From positions 14,945 to 78,944 of the forward strand of contig JANPMK010000089.1 of the NCBI GenBank assembly GCA_031422775.1: DNA of 64,000 nucleotides, given 5' to 3'. The position numbers were made by a program, and so were the translations under genes. Shown one piece after another: positions 9,224-18,517 of this stretch; position 1 is the stretch's first letter, and the number at the start of each line of letters is the position of its first letter. The DNA is from Akkermansiaceae bacterium (lineage in GTDB: Bacteria; Verrucomicrobiota; Verrucomicrobiia; Verrucomicrobiales; Akkermansiaceae). The notes beneath the pieces were generated by a model. That model did not search any database, was not told the origin of the DNA, and saw only the letters and a list, made by a program, of their open reading frames with translations.

Positions 9224-10039
9224 ATGTCCACTCCGCGCAGCATCGGCATCATCGCAGGCAGCGGAATCTATCCGGAAACTTTCGTCCGCGCCGCTCGCAA
9301 GGCCGAACCCAACACCCGTCTCGTGGTGGTTGGTTTTGAAAACGAAACCCGACCCGACCTCGAACCCCAAGTCGAAGCGTTTCGCTGGGTCCGCGTCGGC
9401 CAACTTTCTAAGCTGATCAAATTCCTCGTCAGCGAGGGTGTGACCGAAGCAGTCATGATGGGTCAAATTTCTCCGAAAAATCTCTTCGATCTACGTCCTG
9501 ACATACGCATCCTGATGATGCTCGCAAAAGTGAAAAAACGAAATGCGGAAACCTTGTTCGGGGCCATCGCCAGTGAACTTGAAAAAGACGGCATCAGCCT
9601 GCTACCGGCGACCACGTTTCTCGAAGATCACCTTCCCACCGCCGGACATGTCACCGGCCCAGTCATCAAACCCCGCACTCTCGAAGACCTCGAATACGGT
9701 TTCGACATCGCGAAGAAAACCTCTGCCCTCGATATAGGCCAATCCGTTGTCGTCAGACACGGCACCGTCCTCGCTGTCGAGGCGTTCGAAGGCACCAACG
9801 ACTGCATCCGCCGTGGCGGCGAACTCGGCCGCAACAAAGACGCTGTGCTCGTCAAAGTTTCCAAACCCAACCAAGACTTCCGCTTCGACGTCCCAGTCAT
9901 CGGCCCCCAAACCATCGAAAACTGCGCCGCAGCAGGCATCATCGCCATCGGCATCGAGGCAAATAGAACACTTCTGTTAGAAAAAGCAAAGGTCACCCAG
10001 CTTTGCGCCCAACACAAAATCTGCATTCACGCATTGTAG
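9224..10039 (+). CDS. lpxI: UDP-2,3-diacylglucosamine pyrophosphatase LpxI (DUF1009 family)
   Basis: 271 aa. IGIIAGSGIYP N-terminus and DIGQSVVV..GTVLAVEAFEGTNDCIRRGG..VLVKVSKPNQDFRFDVPVIG are typical LpxI blocks. Confidence 0.8.
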   Translation: MSTPRSIGIIAGSGIYPETFVRAARKAEPNTRLVVVGFENETRPDLEPQVEAFRWVRVGQLSKLIKFLVSEGVTEAVMMGQISPKNLFDLRPDIRILMMLAKVKKRNAETLFGAIASELEKDGISLLPATTFLEDHLPTAGHVTGPVIKPRTLEDLEYGFDIAKKTSALDIGQSVVVRHGTVLAVEAFEGTNDCIRRGGELGRNKDAVLVKVSKPNQDFRFDVPVIGPQTIENCAAAGIIAIGIEANRTLLLEKAKVTQLCAQHKICIHAL

Positions 10040-10059
10040 CTCTCAACGTGACAATAATT

Positions 10060-10191
10060 GAACCGCGGATGAACGCAGATGGACACGGATGCCATGCAAG
10101 GTTAAATTGGCAGTTACTTTTAAGCCAATTTCAGCACCAAAAAATTCAATGACCCATCCGATCCGCGTTCATCTGCGTCCATCCGTGGTTC
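10060..10191. repeat. nested palindromic element after lpxI (REP-like; may also terminate lpxI)
   Basis: Outer arms are GAACCGCGGATGAACGCAGATGGACACGGATG (10060-10091) and CATCCGATCCGCGTTCATCTGCGTCCATCCGTGGTTC (10155-10191), about 27/31 complementary. Inner perfect 8-bp inverted repeat AAATTGGC...GCCAATTT. Confidence 0.7.
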
Positions 10192-10289
10192 TCTTAATTT
10201 TTGTAAGTGCATCTCAATTAATAATGGAAGTTCAAGGTAGCCCTCATTTCTCTGCTTTGATTTAAAAATTTCACGTTTACCATCTCGCC

Positions 10290-11471
10290 GTGCGCAAGCT
10301 GTTCCACTTCCAAAAATTCATCAGCCTCACAGGTTTTTTCGTCCTGTCCCTCACCATCTCCTCTGCACAAGAAGACGCCCCCCCCGCTGTCACACTCAAA
10401 GACATCGATACCTCCATCACTCGCGGGGTCGACTTCCTGATCGGCGACCAAAACGAAAACGGTTCCTGGGGCAGCGCGACCCGCACCAAGCATATCAATA
10501 TCTACGCTCCCCTCCCCGGTGCGCATGACGCTTACCGCGCCGGAGCAACCGGGCTCGCACTTAGCGGTATGATCGACTCCGCAGACAAGCGACCCGAAGC
10601 TCTCGCATCCATCGAAAAATGTGCGGCATGGTCCATCGAACATCTTCCCAAGCTCCGCCGAGCGGATCAGACCACAACTTACAACATCTGGGGTCACGCT
10701 TACGGGCTGCGCTCCTTTGTTCGTCTCCATCAAACCGAAACCAACCCGGAAAAAAAAGCCCTCTATAAAACCCTCGCCCAACAACAAATCGATCTTGTCG
10801 GTCGATACGAGGATATCAACGGTGGCTTCGGTTACCTTGATCTGTTTGACGATTTCACCTCACAGAAACCCACTGGCATCACCACATCATTCACCTCTGC
10901 TACCGTTCTTCTCGCCATGTATGAAGGTCGAGAAAAACTTGGGCTTACTCTGAATAATAAAGTCGTCAGCACATCGCTCGATTCAATCAAACGGCAACAA
11001 TTCCCTGATAAAACATACGGTTATTCCCACAATCACATCATGCGCCCCCGCGCCGATATCAACCGCCCCGCTGGCTCCCTCGCTCGTTCGCAATCATGCA
11101 ATGCTGCGCTGCGCGTGTTCGGCCGCGATGGCATCACCGACGAAGTCATCATCGAATGGGCCGATCGCTTCCTCGCTCGCGAAGGTTGGCTTTCCATCGC
11201 CCGCAAACGCCCCAAACCCCACGACATCCATTTCAAAATTTCCGGCTACTTCTATTACTACGGCATCTACTATTTCACCGAATCTGTTAGACTACTCCCC
11301 ACAGAAAAACAAAAACCCTACGCCGAAAAACTCGCCGCTCTCATCCTTTCCAAACAGGAAAAAGACGGCTCATGGTGGGACTACCCGCTCTACGATTATC
11401 ACCAACCCTACGGCACGGGATATTCGCTGATGGCACTTAGTTGGTGTAAGAAGGTGATTGCTGGTTCGTGA
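10290..11471 (+). CDS. secreted prenyltransferase/squalene-cyclase-repeat (terpenoid cyclase-like alpha/alpha toroid) protein
   Basis: Signal peptide, then repeats of the type RGVDFLIGDQNENGSWGS and SKQEKDGSWWDYP, characteristic of the prenyltransferase/squalene oxidase repeat family. Confidence 0.6.
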   Translation: MRKLFHFQKFISLTGFFVLSLTISSAQEDAPPAVTLKDIDTSITRGVDFLIGDQNENGSWGSATRTKHINIYAPLPGAHDAYRAGATGLALSGMIDSADKRPEALASIEKCAAWSIEHLPKLRRADQTTTYNIWGHAYGLRSFVRLHQTETNPEKKALYKTLAQQQIDLVGRYEDINGGFGYLDLFDDFTSQKPTGITTSFTSATVLLAMYEGREKLGLTLNNKVVSTSLDSIKRQQFPDKTYGYSHNHIMRPRADINRPAGSLARSQSCNAALRVFGRDGITDEVIIEWADRFLAREGWLSIARKRPKPHDIHFKISGYFYYYGIYYFTESVRLLPTEKQKPYAEKLAALILSKQEKDGSWWDYPLYDYHQPYGTGYSLMALSWCKKVIAGS

Positions 11472-11606
11472 GACACCGCCCTGAAGGGGCGACCTATGTT
11501 AGCTTAGGGCAAAGCCCTAGGTCAGATACCCAAAGATAAAACGGGCAAGCTAACAGCTCTGTTGCATCCACAGCCCCGCCGCAGCCCGATGGATAAATGC
11601 GATATG

Positions 11607-11630
11607 AAAAAAGCCGGTCGGAGACCGGCT
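11607..11630 (-). terminator. rho-independent terminator of topB
   Basis: The minus strand reads AGCCGGTC-TCC-GACCGGCT followed by TTTTTT, starting 7 nt after the topB stop. Confidence 0.65.
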
Positions 11631-11636
11631 CTCCGG

Positions 11637-14195
11637 TTATTCTTCCTTCACCTTCTTCGCGGCTTTCTTGGCGGCTTTCTTAGCTACTTTCTTCGCGGGT
11701 CTGGGTGGGAAGTCGAAACCGATTTTTGCGGTTGCTAGGTCGAAAGTAAGATGGGCGTCGAACTTGCGTTTGGTGCGGTTTGAAACAAAGCCCTGAAGCA
11801 GATCTGTCTTACCTTCGGATAGGAGTTTCAATGCCTGGTCTTCTGGGATTTCTCTTTGAAGAATGACGCGGCCGATACGGATTCCGTGTGGGTCTTTTTT
11901 GGTGACGAGGCTAGGGACGTAGTAGGCTTTGTCCGTTGCAAAAACCTTGTGTTCTTTTCCATCTGGAGTTTTAGCGGAACCGATGAGCATGTCATCGCTG
12001 AGGTCCGGTGCTTTGTCATCGTCGCCTTCAAATAGGAACGATGTTTTGAATTTCGCATCGAGCTGGAGTGAGGCATCGAAGGGTTTGTTGAACTTCGATT
12101 TGAAACCTTGCAGCGGTCCGACCACACCTTTTGAAATCAGTGTGCGGAGTTCATCTTCTGTGAGCAAGCGACCTGCGATGTGCTTTTTGATTTTCAGCGG
12201 AATTTCAGGATCGCGGGATTCGTAGGTTGCCTCGGTTTGCTTCAAGACGAGCTTGCCATGGATAGGATGCTCGACTTCGACATCTGTGAATGTGTGGCTT
12301 TTCGCTTCCTCTGCAAGGCCATGCGCTTTCGCGACGATGTCCTCGGTGTAAGCGACGATCTCTTTCATGAACTCCGCCCTTTTCAAACGACCTTGTTCCA
12401 TCTGGCGAAGTTTGTATTCCCAGTCACCCGTCATGCGAGGTGAGTAAAGACCTTCGATGTCCATTTGGATCACGAGATCGATCAATCTTAACCCAGAGTT
12501 GGTGACATGTAGTTCGCGTCCATCACGAACCAGATATTTTTGTGAAATCAGACCTTCGATCGTCGCCGCGCGCGTCGCGGGAGTTCCGAGGCCGCGTTCA
12601 GCCATAGCTTCTCTGAGTTCCTCGTCATTGACGAGCAACTTGCCCGCGCCTTCCATTGCGGAAAGCAAAGTGGATTCTGTGAAACGTGCTGGCGGACGGG
12701 TTTGTTCGTTCACCAATTCGACGGGATCGGCTTTCGCGGTTTCGCCTGCTTTCACTGAGACCAATTCGTCTTTTCCAGCAGCGACTCCGATCTTGCGCCC
12801 ATAAACTTCCAACCAACCCGGAACGGTTAGAACCCGACCTTCGGTTTTAAAAACATCTTTCTCGCTAGCGTGGGAAACGGTGGAGAGTCGCGTGGTTTGC
12901 TCAAATTCCGCATGCGGATAAAAGACGGCGATGAAACGTTTCACCACCATATCGTAAACTTTTTGTTCTGTATCGGAGAGTTTCGCGATGACGCCGGTTG
13001 GGATGATGGCAAAGTGATCTGAAACTTTCTTAGTGTTGAAAATCCGTTTCGACTGATGGAGATGCGGCCCATCGGCGCCTTTTCCGGAGAGCACTGCTTT
13101 CGCGTATTTCGCAACATCGAGATCGCTGTTCGCGATCTGCTTCATCGTGTCTTTCACGTTCTGGACGTAGTCTTCCGGAAGGTAACGCGAGTCGGTTCTC
13201 GGATAGGTCAGCACCTTGTGTTTCTCGTAAAGGGCTTGAGCGATTTGCAAAGTTCCCTTCGCGGAAAACGGCGCTTCACGTTGGAGAGTTGTTAGATCGT
13301 AGAGTTGTGGCGCGATCTGCGTGCTGGATTTTTTCTCCTCAGAAATTTCCGCCTGCTTGCCTTGGCAACGTTCCACGATCGCTTGCGCTTTTGCCTGTTC
13401 CCAAATCCGCTCCGGCTTGGCGTGCGGTTTATCCACCGACTTCTTGAAATCGGTCGCTATCCATTTTCCTAAATACTCACCCGCTGAAACATGCAGCGTG
13501 GCATGGACTTCGAAATAGGGCTCCGACTCGAACGCTTGAATTTCTTTTTCGCGAGCTGCAAGAATCGCCAAGGTCGGCGTCTGCACCCGACCGGCTGCGG
13601 TGATGTTGAATCCGCCGTGGCGGGAGTTGAAACAAGTGAAAGCTCGGGTGGCATTCAAACCGACCAACCAGTCCGACTCGGAACGGCATTTTGCGGCATC
13701 CGCGAGAGGTCGCATTTCCTCATCGCTGCGAAGATTATCCCATGCGGAAACGATGGCGCCGGTGGTCATCGATTGCATCCAGAGGCGTTTGACCGGCTTC
13801 TGGATCTCGCCGATTTCCATGATGTAGCGGAAAATCAATTCACCTTCGCGGCCAGCATCGCAGGCATTGACGATGTTATCGACGTCCTTGCGTTTGGCGA
13901 GTTTGAGGACTTGTTTCAGTTTTGCCTCGGATTGCTCGATCGGATCTAGGGTGAAGGTTTCGGGAATGGCCGGTAAAACATCGAATTTCCACGGGAGCTT
14001 TTTCCCGTTCGGGCCCATCGGCATACGCAGCTCGACCAAGTGTCCGACCGCAGATGTGATGACCGCATTGTCGTTTTCGTAGTGGATATCCCGACCCGCG
14101 CCGACTTTTTTAAACTTCCCCAATTTCTGGCTCAGAGCCTTGGAGAGATCGTTCATAACGGAGGGTTTTTCGGCAATAATGAGTGTTTTTCCCAT
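11637..14195 (-). CDS. topB: DNA topoisomerase III with C-terminal topoisomerase repeats and a lysine-rich tail
   Basis: TLIIAEKPS Toprim start, GHLVEL, active-site [15 protein letters not shown]. Two C-terminal repeats ([21 protein letters not shown] and [22 protein letters not shown]). [18 protein letters not shown] tail. Confidence 0.85.
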   Translation of the reverse strand: MGKTLIIAEKPSVMNDLSKALSQKLGKFKKVGAGRDIHYENDNAVITSAVGHLVELRMPMGPNGKKLPWKFDVLPAIPETFTLDPIEQSEAKLKQVLKLAKRKDVDNIVNACDAGREGELIFRYIMEIGEIQKPVKRLWMQSMTTGAIVSAWDNLRSDEEMRPLADAAKCRSESDWLVGLNATRAFTCFNSRHGGFNITAAGRVQTPTLAILAAREKEIQAFESEPYFEVHATLHVSAGEYLGKWIATDFKKSVDKPHAKPERIWEQAKAQAIVERCQGKQAEISEEKKSSTQIAPQLYDLTTLQREAPFSAKGTLQIAQALYEKHKVLTYPRTDSRYLPEDYVQNVKDTMKQIANSDLDVAKYAKAVLSGKGADGPHLHQSKRIFNTKKVSDHFAIIPTGVIAKLSDTEQKVYDMVVKRFIAVFYPHAEFEQTTRLSTVSHASEKDVFKTEGRVLTVPGWLEVYGRKIGVAAGKDELVSVKAGETAKADPVELVNEQTRPPARFTESTLLSAMEGAGKLLVNDEELREAMAERGLGTPATRAATIEGLISQKYLVRDGRELHVTNSGLRLIDLVIQMDIEGLYSPRMTGDWEYKLRQMEQGRLKRAEFMKEIVAYTEDIVAKAHGLAEEAKSHTFTDVEVEHPIHGKLVLKQTEATYESRDPEIPLKIKKHIAGRLLTEDELRTLISKGVVGPLQGFKSKFNKPFDASLQLDAKFKTSFLFEGDDDKAPDLSDDMLIGSAKTPDGKEHKVFATDKAYYVPSLVTKKDPHGIRIGRVILQREIPEDQALKLLSEGKTDLLQGFVSNRTKRKFDAHLTFDLATAKIGFDFPPRPAKKVAKKAAKKAAKKVKEE

Positions 14196-14314
14196 GGAGG
14201 TAGGTTCTAGAAAGGCGTTGTGTCTGAAGTGGGACTAGGCAGGGAATTTCCTAGGATGCAAGGAGGAAAAGCTTTTCGGGGGAAATCCGCTTGGACGTGA
14301 AGTAGGCATTTTGG

Positions 14315-15418
14315 CTAACGGCGGATGAAGCGAAAACCCGGCAGCGGCCTGACCAAACGGCGCAATTCCAGCTTGAAAAGCCCCGCCGTCACCGCAGATG
14401 AGGGCAGCCCGGTGTGTTGGATCAATTGGTCAATCGCGAGTTCTTCCCCCGCCGGCATCGCGGCCGATATCTTCGCCTCTTCCTCGGGCAGCTCGGGACT
14501 ATCCGCCAGTTTTGGCTGCGGTTCTTCGTTTTGGTAGGAAAACGGCAACTCGCCCATGTCATCGATGATTTGCGAGGCATCGGTGATCAAAGTCGCGCCA
14601 TCACGGATCAACTGATGGCAACCCGCCGACGAAGGTTTATCGATGGGCCCCGGAACGGCGAAAATGGATTTCCCATATTCCGAAGCCAGATTCGCGGTGA
14701 TCAATGAACCCGACCAAGCAGGACATTCCGTAACCAAAACCGCTTGGCACCAAGCCGCGACGATACGGTTCCGCATCGGGAAGGTTTGTTTGTCGGGAGG
14801 CCGGTGCAGGGGAAATTCTGAAATCACCGCCCCGTTTCCATTCGCGATCCTTTCCGCCAAGGTCAGATTTTCCGGCGGATACAAGCGCGCCAACCCGGAG
14901 CCCACCACCGCAATGGTCCGGCCCTTCGCCGCGAGCGCAGACTCGTGCGCCGTGGTATCGATCCCGCGAGCGAGCCCGGAAACGATCGTGAATCCCGCAT
15001 GCGCCAACTGATAGGTCAGCATCTTCGTCGCGGATGTGCCGTAGGCCGTGCTGCGCCGCGAACCGACCACGCTGATTGCATGTCGATCTCGTGGTAAAAT
15101 TTCTCCCCAGACATAAAGCAAGATCGGTGCGTCGTATGCTTGGAGTAAATATTTGGGATAGGATTCATCTTCCCGCGTGATGATGGAAATCCCTCTATCC
15201 TCAGCCTCCGCGAGTTCTTTCGTTGGATCGACCAAATTTTTCCAATCAGCGATCAGCTTGGCGGTTTCGTTGCCGATGCCATCGACGCGAAGCAATTGAT
15301 TCGTGGAGGCTGTTAGAACTTTTTCCGCATCTCCAAATGCTTCTAACAAACGCGAAATACGAACGGGCCCGATGCTTGGTAACAGATTGAGCGCTAGAAT
15401 AGCTTCGCGAGACGTCAT
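14315..15418 (-). CDS. dprA: DNA-processing protein DprA (Smf)
   Basis: 367 aa. SGLARGIDTTAHESALAAKGRTIAVVGSGL Rossmann-like core and a C-terminal winged-helix-like region. Confidence 0.9.
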   Translation of the reverse strand: MTSREAILALNLLPSIGPVRISRLLEAFGDAEKVLTASTNQLLRVDGIGNETAKLIADWKNLVDPTKELAEAEDRGISIITREDESYPKYLLQAYDAPILLYVWGEILPRDRHAISVVGSRRSTAYGTSATKMLTYQLAHAGFTIVSGLARGIDTTAHESALAAKGRTIAVVGSGLARLYPPENLTLAERIANGNGAVISEFPLHRPPDKQTFPMRNRIVAAWCQAVLVTECPAWSGSLITANLASEYGKSIFAVPGPIDKPSSAGCHQLIRDGATLITDASQIIDDMGELPFSYQNEEPQPKLADSPELPEEEAKISAAMPAGEELAIDQLIQHTGLPSSAVTAGLFKLELRRLVRPLPGFRFIRR

Positions 15419-15479
15419 GGAGACTTTTTAATTCAGTGGGGGGATTTGATGAATGAGGCGAGAGATAAACTAGAGAGCC

Positions 15480-16121
15480 TCACTCGATTTGCATGCCGCT
15501 TTTCGGCGAGATCCAACGCACGACTTTGCCGTCCTTAATCAGGGCTTTCGCTGGAAGATTTTTCGTGCCGAAAGGAGTTTCCGCCTGATACGTCACATTG
15601 CCGATCTGATAAGCTACACCATCAAACGTTTCCGTGCTTGTGCCAGCTTGCCATTCCAAGACCTGACTAGCCGTAAACTTCGAGATTTGCCTGGATGCGA
15701 TACTTGCTTTCATCACAGCCACCGCGTCTGCCGTTTTAACGGGAGTCTCCGGTTGAACTTTAGGAGTCTCTGGCGTTTCAGCCCCAAACGGATCCAGTGT
15801 GACTGGCGGGTCAATGTCGACCACTTCAGGAGTAGTGGGAGTCACTGGAGTTGGTGTTGGCACCACTGGGGTTGGTGCGGGAACCACTGGAGTCGGAGAT
15901 TGAACCACTGGGGTTGGTGTGGGCGGCGCAACAGCAGGATTTGAGGGAATACCTAGATCTGGTCTATGCTGCGACGTAGCATTGCCTCGTTTTTTTGGCT
16001 CTCTCTTCGGCTTCTCAGAATCCGCAGATTTACCAGTCAAACTCACCCGCAAACTTGGCTCTGTCAGATAACCAGCCGCACATGCGATCATTACGGCGAA
16101 GAGTAGATAGAGGTATTTCAT
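15480..16121 (-). CDS. secreted Pro/Thr-rich hypothetical protein
   Basis: Signal or anchor MKYLYLLFAVMIACAAG, a PTPVV heptad repeat block, then a C-terminal globular region of about 90 aa with no family I recognise. Confidence 0.55.
   Translation of the reverse strand: MKYLYLLFAVMIACAAGYLTEPSLRVSLTGKSADSEKPKREPKKRGNATSQHRPDLGIPSNPAVAPPTPTPVVQSPTPVVPAPTPVVPTPTPVTPTTPEVVDIDPPVTLDPFGAETPETPKVQPETPVKTADAVAVMKASIASRQISKFTASQVLEWQAGTSTETFDGVAYQIGNVTYQAETPFGTKNLPAKALIKDGKVVRWISPKSGMQIE
15841..15924 (-). repeat. four tandem 21-bp repeats encoding the PTPVV(x)(x) heptads
   Basis: The plus strand reads gtcactggagttggtgttggc / accactggggttggtgcggga / accactggagtcggagattga / accactggggttggtgtgggc. Confidence 0.85.
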
Positions 16122-16230
16122 GTCTTAAGTTGCAAAGAATAGAACACTTTTAGATGATATTTGTCACCAACTCTTTGGGTGACTGCTTTGGAGATTGATG
16201 CCTACGTGTTTCATTGGGTAGTTTTTTTTT

Positions 16231-17355
16231 GTGAAGCGGATTTATGTGATTGCGGGCGAGATGAGTGGGGACGCGCATGCCGCTGGCTTACTGAGAGAAT
16301 TACAGGCCATCAATCCAGATGTCGAAATTTACGGCGCTGGGGGCCCAGAAATGCACGCCCTCAGCGGCGGCAAGGTGAATAACTGGGTCGAAGACGCCGC
16401 AGTCATGGGTGTAATTGAAGTCCTCAAACGCTACGGTTGGTTCAAAGAGCGGTTCCATGCCATGCTCAAGGAAGCGGTCTCCCTGAAACCCGACGTGCTA
16501 TTATTAGTGGATTATCCCGGCTTCAACCTCCGCTTCGCAAAAGCCCTGCGCGAGGCTTTGCCAGACACCCATCAGGTTTACTACATCAGCCCCCAAGTCT
16601 GGGCATGGAACAAAAAACGCATCCCGAAAATGGTGGAGCTGCTCGATGAGATGCTCTGCCTTTTCCCTTTCGAAAAACCCATCTTCGAAAACGCCGGCCT
16701 CAAAACCACCCACGTCGGCCATCCGCTCGTCGATGAACTTGCCGTCGAAAAAACCAACGCCCCACGACAGGAAAACCTAGTCGGACTTTTCCCCGGCAGC
16801 CGGGAACGGGAAATCGCCAAGCTTTTCCCCATGATGATCGAATCCGCCAAACTCCTCCGAGCTTGGCGCAGCGATCTGCTTTTCGCCGTCCCCGCCGCAA
16901 CACCGAAACTCGCCAAAACCATGCGGGTCATGATCGACGAGGCTGGCGCTACCGATTGGATCGAACTCCGCAACGGCGGCAGTCATGATCTGATGCAAAC
17001 CGCCGCCTGCGGCGTCATCGCCAGCGGAACCGCCACCCTCGAGGCCGCCACGTTCGGACTTCCTTACTGCCTCGTTTATAAAATGGCGTGGACGACTTAT
17101 TTCCTCGGAAAAATTTTGGTAAAAATCAAATATATCGGTCTCGTGAACATCTTGGCCGGTGAGAAAGTTGTTGAGGAACTCATTCAAGCCGACGCCTCAC
17201 CCACCGAGGTCAGTCATTGGTTACAGAATATTCTGAGCAACGATGGACAACGCGCAGATCTCGTCGCCCGACTCAAACAAGTCAGCTCCCAACTCGGCGA
17301 CCCCGGAACCCACCGCCGCGCCGCGGAACGCGTTGGTGAATGGTTAGCTAAATAA
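16231..17355 (+). CDS. lpxB: lipid-A-disaccharide synthase
   Basis: 374 aa. RIYVIAGEMSGDAHAAGLL N-terminus and VDYPGFNL, typical of LpxB. GTG start preceded by a T9 tract. Confidence 0.9.
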   Translation: MKRIYVIAGEMSGDAHAAGLLRELQAINPDVEIYGAGGPEMHALSGGKVNNWVEDAAVMGVIEVLKRYGWFKERFHAMLKEAVSLKPDVLLLVDYPGFNLRFAKALREALPDTHQVYYISPQVWAWNKKRIPKMVELLDEMLCLFPFEKPIFENAGLKTTHVGHPLVDELAVEKTNAPRQENLVGLFPGSREREIAKLFPMMIESAKLLRAWRSDLLFAVPAATPKLAKTMRVMIDEAGATDWIELRNGGSHDLMQTAACGVIASGTATLEAATFGLPYCLVYKMAWTTYFLGKILVKIKYIGLVNILAGEKVVEELIQADASPTEVSHWLQNILSNDGQRADLVARLKQVSSQLGDPGTHRRAAERVGEWLAK

Positions 17356-17400
17356 AAAAACGAGTTGTTTCAAAGAGCTTGCTGCAATCAGTATCCCGCC

Positions 17401-17862
17401 ATGCAAGACAACATCCTCGCGAAAATCGAATCTCTCGGCCTCAAACTTCCAGAAGTCCCGACACCCGTCGCCGCTTACGTGAACTACGTCCGCAGCGGAA
17501 ATCTCCTCTTCCTTTCCGGCGGACTTCCCATCGATGGCGATAGAAAAATGCTCGGCAAAGTCCCTTCCGTTTGCCCAGTCGAAGATGCAGTCGAAGGCGC
17601 ACGCATCATCATCCTCAACCGCCTCGCCGTCATCAAAGAAGCCATCGGCTCACTCGATAAGGTCAAACAAATCATCACCCTCAACGGCTTCGTAAACTCC
17701 GATCCCGATTTCTACGGCCACCCACAAGTCGTCAACGGTGCTTCCGAACTCCTCGTCCAAATCTTCGGCGAAAAAGGCAAACACTCCCGCACCGCCCTCG
17801 GCGCAGCTGCACTTCCGCTGAATGTTTCGGTGGAAATTAACTTGATCGTTGAGGTGGAGTGA
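17401..17862 (+). CDS. RidA/YjgF/endoribonuclease L-PSP family protein
   Basis: 153 aa from ATG 17401. LLFLSGGLPID, and C-terminal RTALGAAALPLNVSVEINLIVEV typical of the family. The track start at 17365 adds 12 unlikely residues. Confidence 0.8.
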   Translation: MQDNILAKIESLGLKLPEVPTPVAAYVNYVRSGNLLFLSGGLPIDGDRKMLGKVPSVCPVEDAVEGARIIILNRLAVIKEAIGSLDKVKQIITLNGFVNSDPDFYGHPQVVNGASELLVQIFGEKGKHSRTALGAAALPLNVSVEINLIVEVE

Positions 17863-17868
17863 TTTTTT

Positions 17869-17925
17869 GGACCGCGTGACTCCAGTCGCGCTCCTTCAAT
17901 CTGCGCGAGTGGACTCGCGCGGTCC
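17869..17925. repeat. long GC-rich hairpin after the RidA-family gene (REP-like element or terminator)
   Basis: GGACCGCGTGACTCCAGTCGCGC (17869-17891) pairs with GCGCGAGTGGACTCGCGCGGTCC (17903-17925). 23-nt arms with about 3 mismatches and an 11-nt loop. Confidence 0.55.
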
Positions 17926-17958
17926 AATCACAGCCAAATTTTTAGCTAACCCATCTTG

Positions 17959-18384
17959 TTAGCCAAATTCTTTGCGCTCGGGAGTTTCCAAAATCCTCCA
18001 AATCGAAAACACGAACAATACGGGAAGCACAACAATCAAGATTGCAGAGCTGGTGCATAATATGATTTCCGACACAGAGCTGCGATACCATGTCTCAAGA
18101 GTCAGCCTAGGAAGATTCAGATATAGATCCGGTATCTTCCAAGGTCTTTCCAAATATGAATAAGTGATTCGGGAATCTCTCCCTATGTTCTCAGTACAGT
18201 TGAAAAATGAGAAGATATACAATAGTCCAGCGAGTGACAGGATCAAGCACGCGATCCATAATGGTCGCTTGGTTGACATGTTTGATAGGTTTGTCATTCC
18301 AATGGCTAAGTAGTAATTGAACAACCCTTGCCCAACTAGACATGAGCTATTTCGAATCAGATTTATGTAACTAAACCTGAGCAT
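17959..18384 (-). CDS. hypothetical small membrane protein, AT-richer than its neighbours
   Basis: 141-aa ORF with two clear hydrophobic helices (LWIACLILSLAGLLYIFSFF and ILCTSSAILIVVLPVLFVFSIW). No recognisable family. Start uncertain (internal Met codons). Confidence 0.4.
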   Translation of the reverse strand: MLRFSYINLIRNSSCLVGQGLFNYYLAIGMTNLSNMSTKRPLWIACLILSLAGLLYIFSFFNCTENIGRDSRITYSYLERPWKIPDLYLNLPRLTLETWYRSSVSEIILCTSSAILIVVLPVLFVFSIWRILETPERKEFG

Positions 18385-18488
18385 GAAAGGGAAATGGAAT
18401 CCGCACCCATCCCCTCAAATTCTGTTTCCCCTCCATTTTCCCATCTGAAAAATAATCCTTTACCTATCGCCATTTCTCAGTGAGTGTT

Positions 18489-18502
18489 TGTTCTCAAGAA
18501 CA
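18489..18502. promoter_or_regulatory. LexA operator (SOS box), Verrucomicrobia-type TGTTC-N4-GAACA
   Basis: Perfect palindrome TGTTCTCAAGAACA, 16 nt upstream of the lexA ATG at 18518. It matches the LexA motif reported for Verrucomicrobia as I recall it. Confidence 0.7.
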
Positions 18503-18517
18503 CTGTTCAAAAAAGCC

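Noticed and set aside
8844-9416. Track ORFs 8844..9068 and 9072..9416
   Set aside because: The first lies entirely within the inverted-repeat element. The second reads straight through the tRNA-Leu gene and into lpxI out of frame. Both are considered non-coding artefacts.
10378-10385. Homopolymer tracts as phase-variation switches: C8 in the cyclase-like CDS, T9 at 16222-16230 before lpxB, A/T8 at 42657-42664 and 49792-49799
   Set aside because: The tracts are short (8-9 nt) and mostly in essential or very large genes. There is no supporting evidence of length heterogeneity. They are noted but not considered contingency loci.
11637-15418. topB with conjugative-element-type C-terminal repeats plus dprA, considered as a sign of an integrative conjugative element
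   Set aside because: No relaxase, coupling protein, T4SS, integrase or att-like repeats occur nearby. The flanking genes (lpxI, lpxB) are core envelope genes of normal composition.
15841-15924. Possible CRISPR array
   Set aside because: The repeats are contiguous 21-bp units with no spacers and lie inside a protein-coding frame. No cas genes or other direct-repeat/spacer architecture were noticed anywhere in the window.
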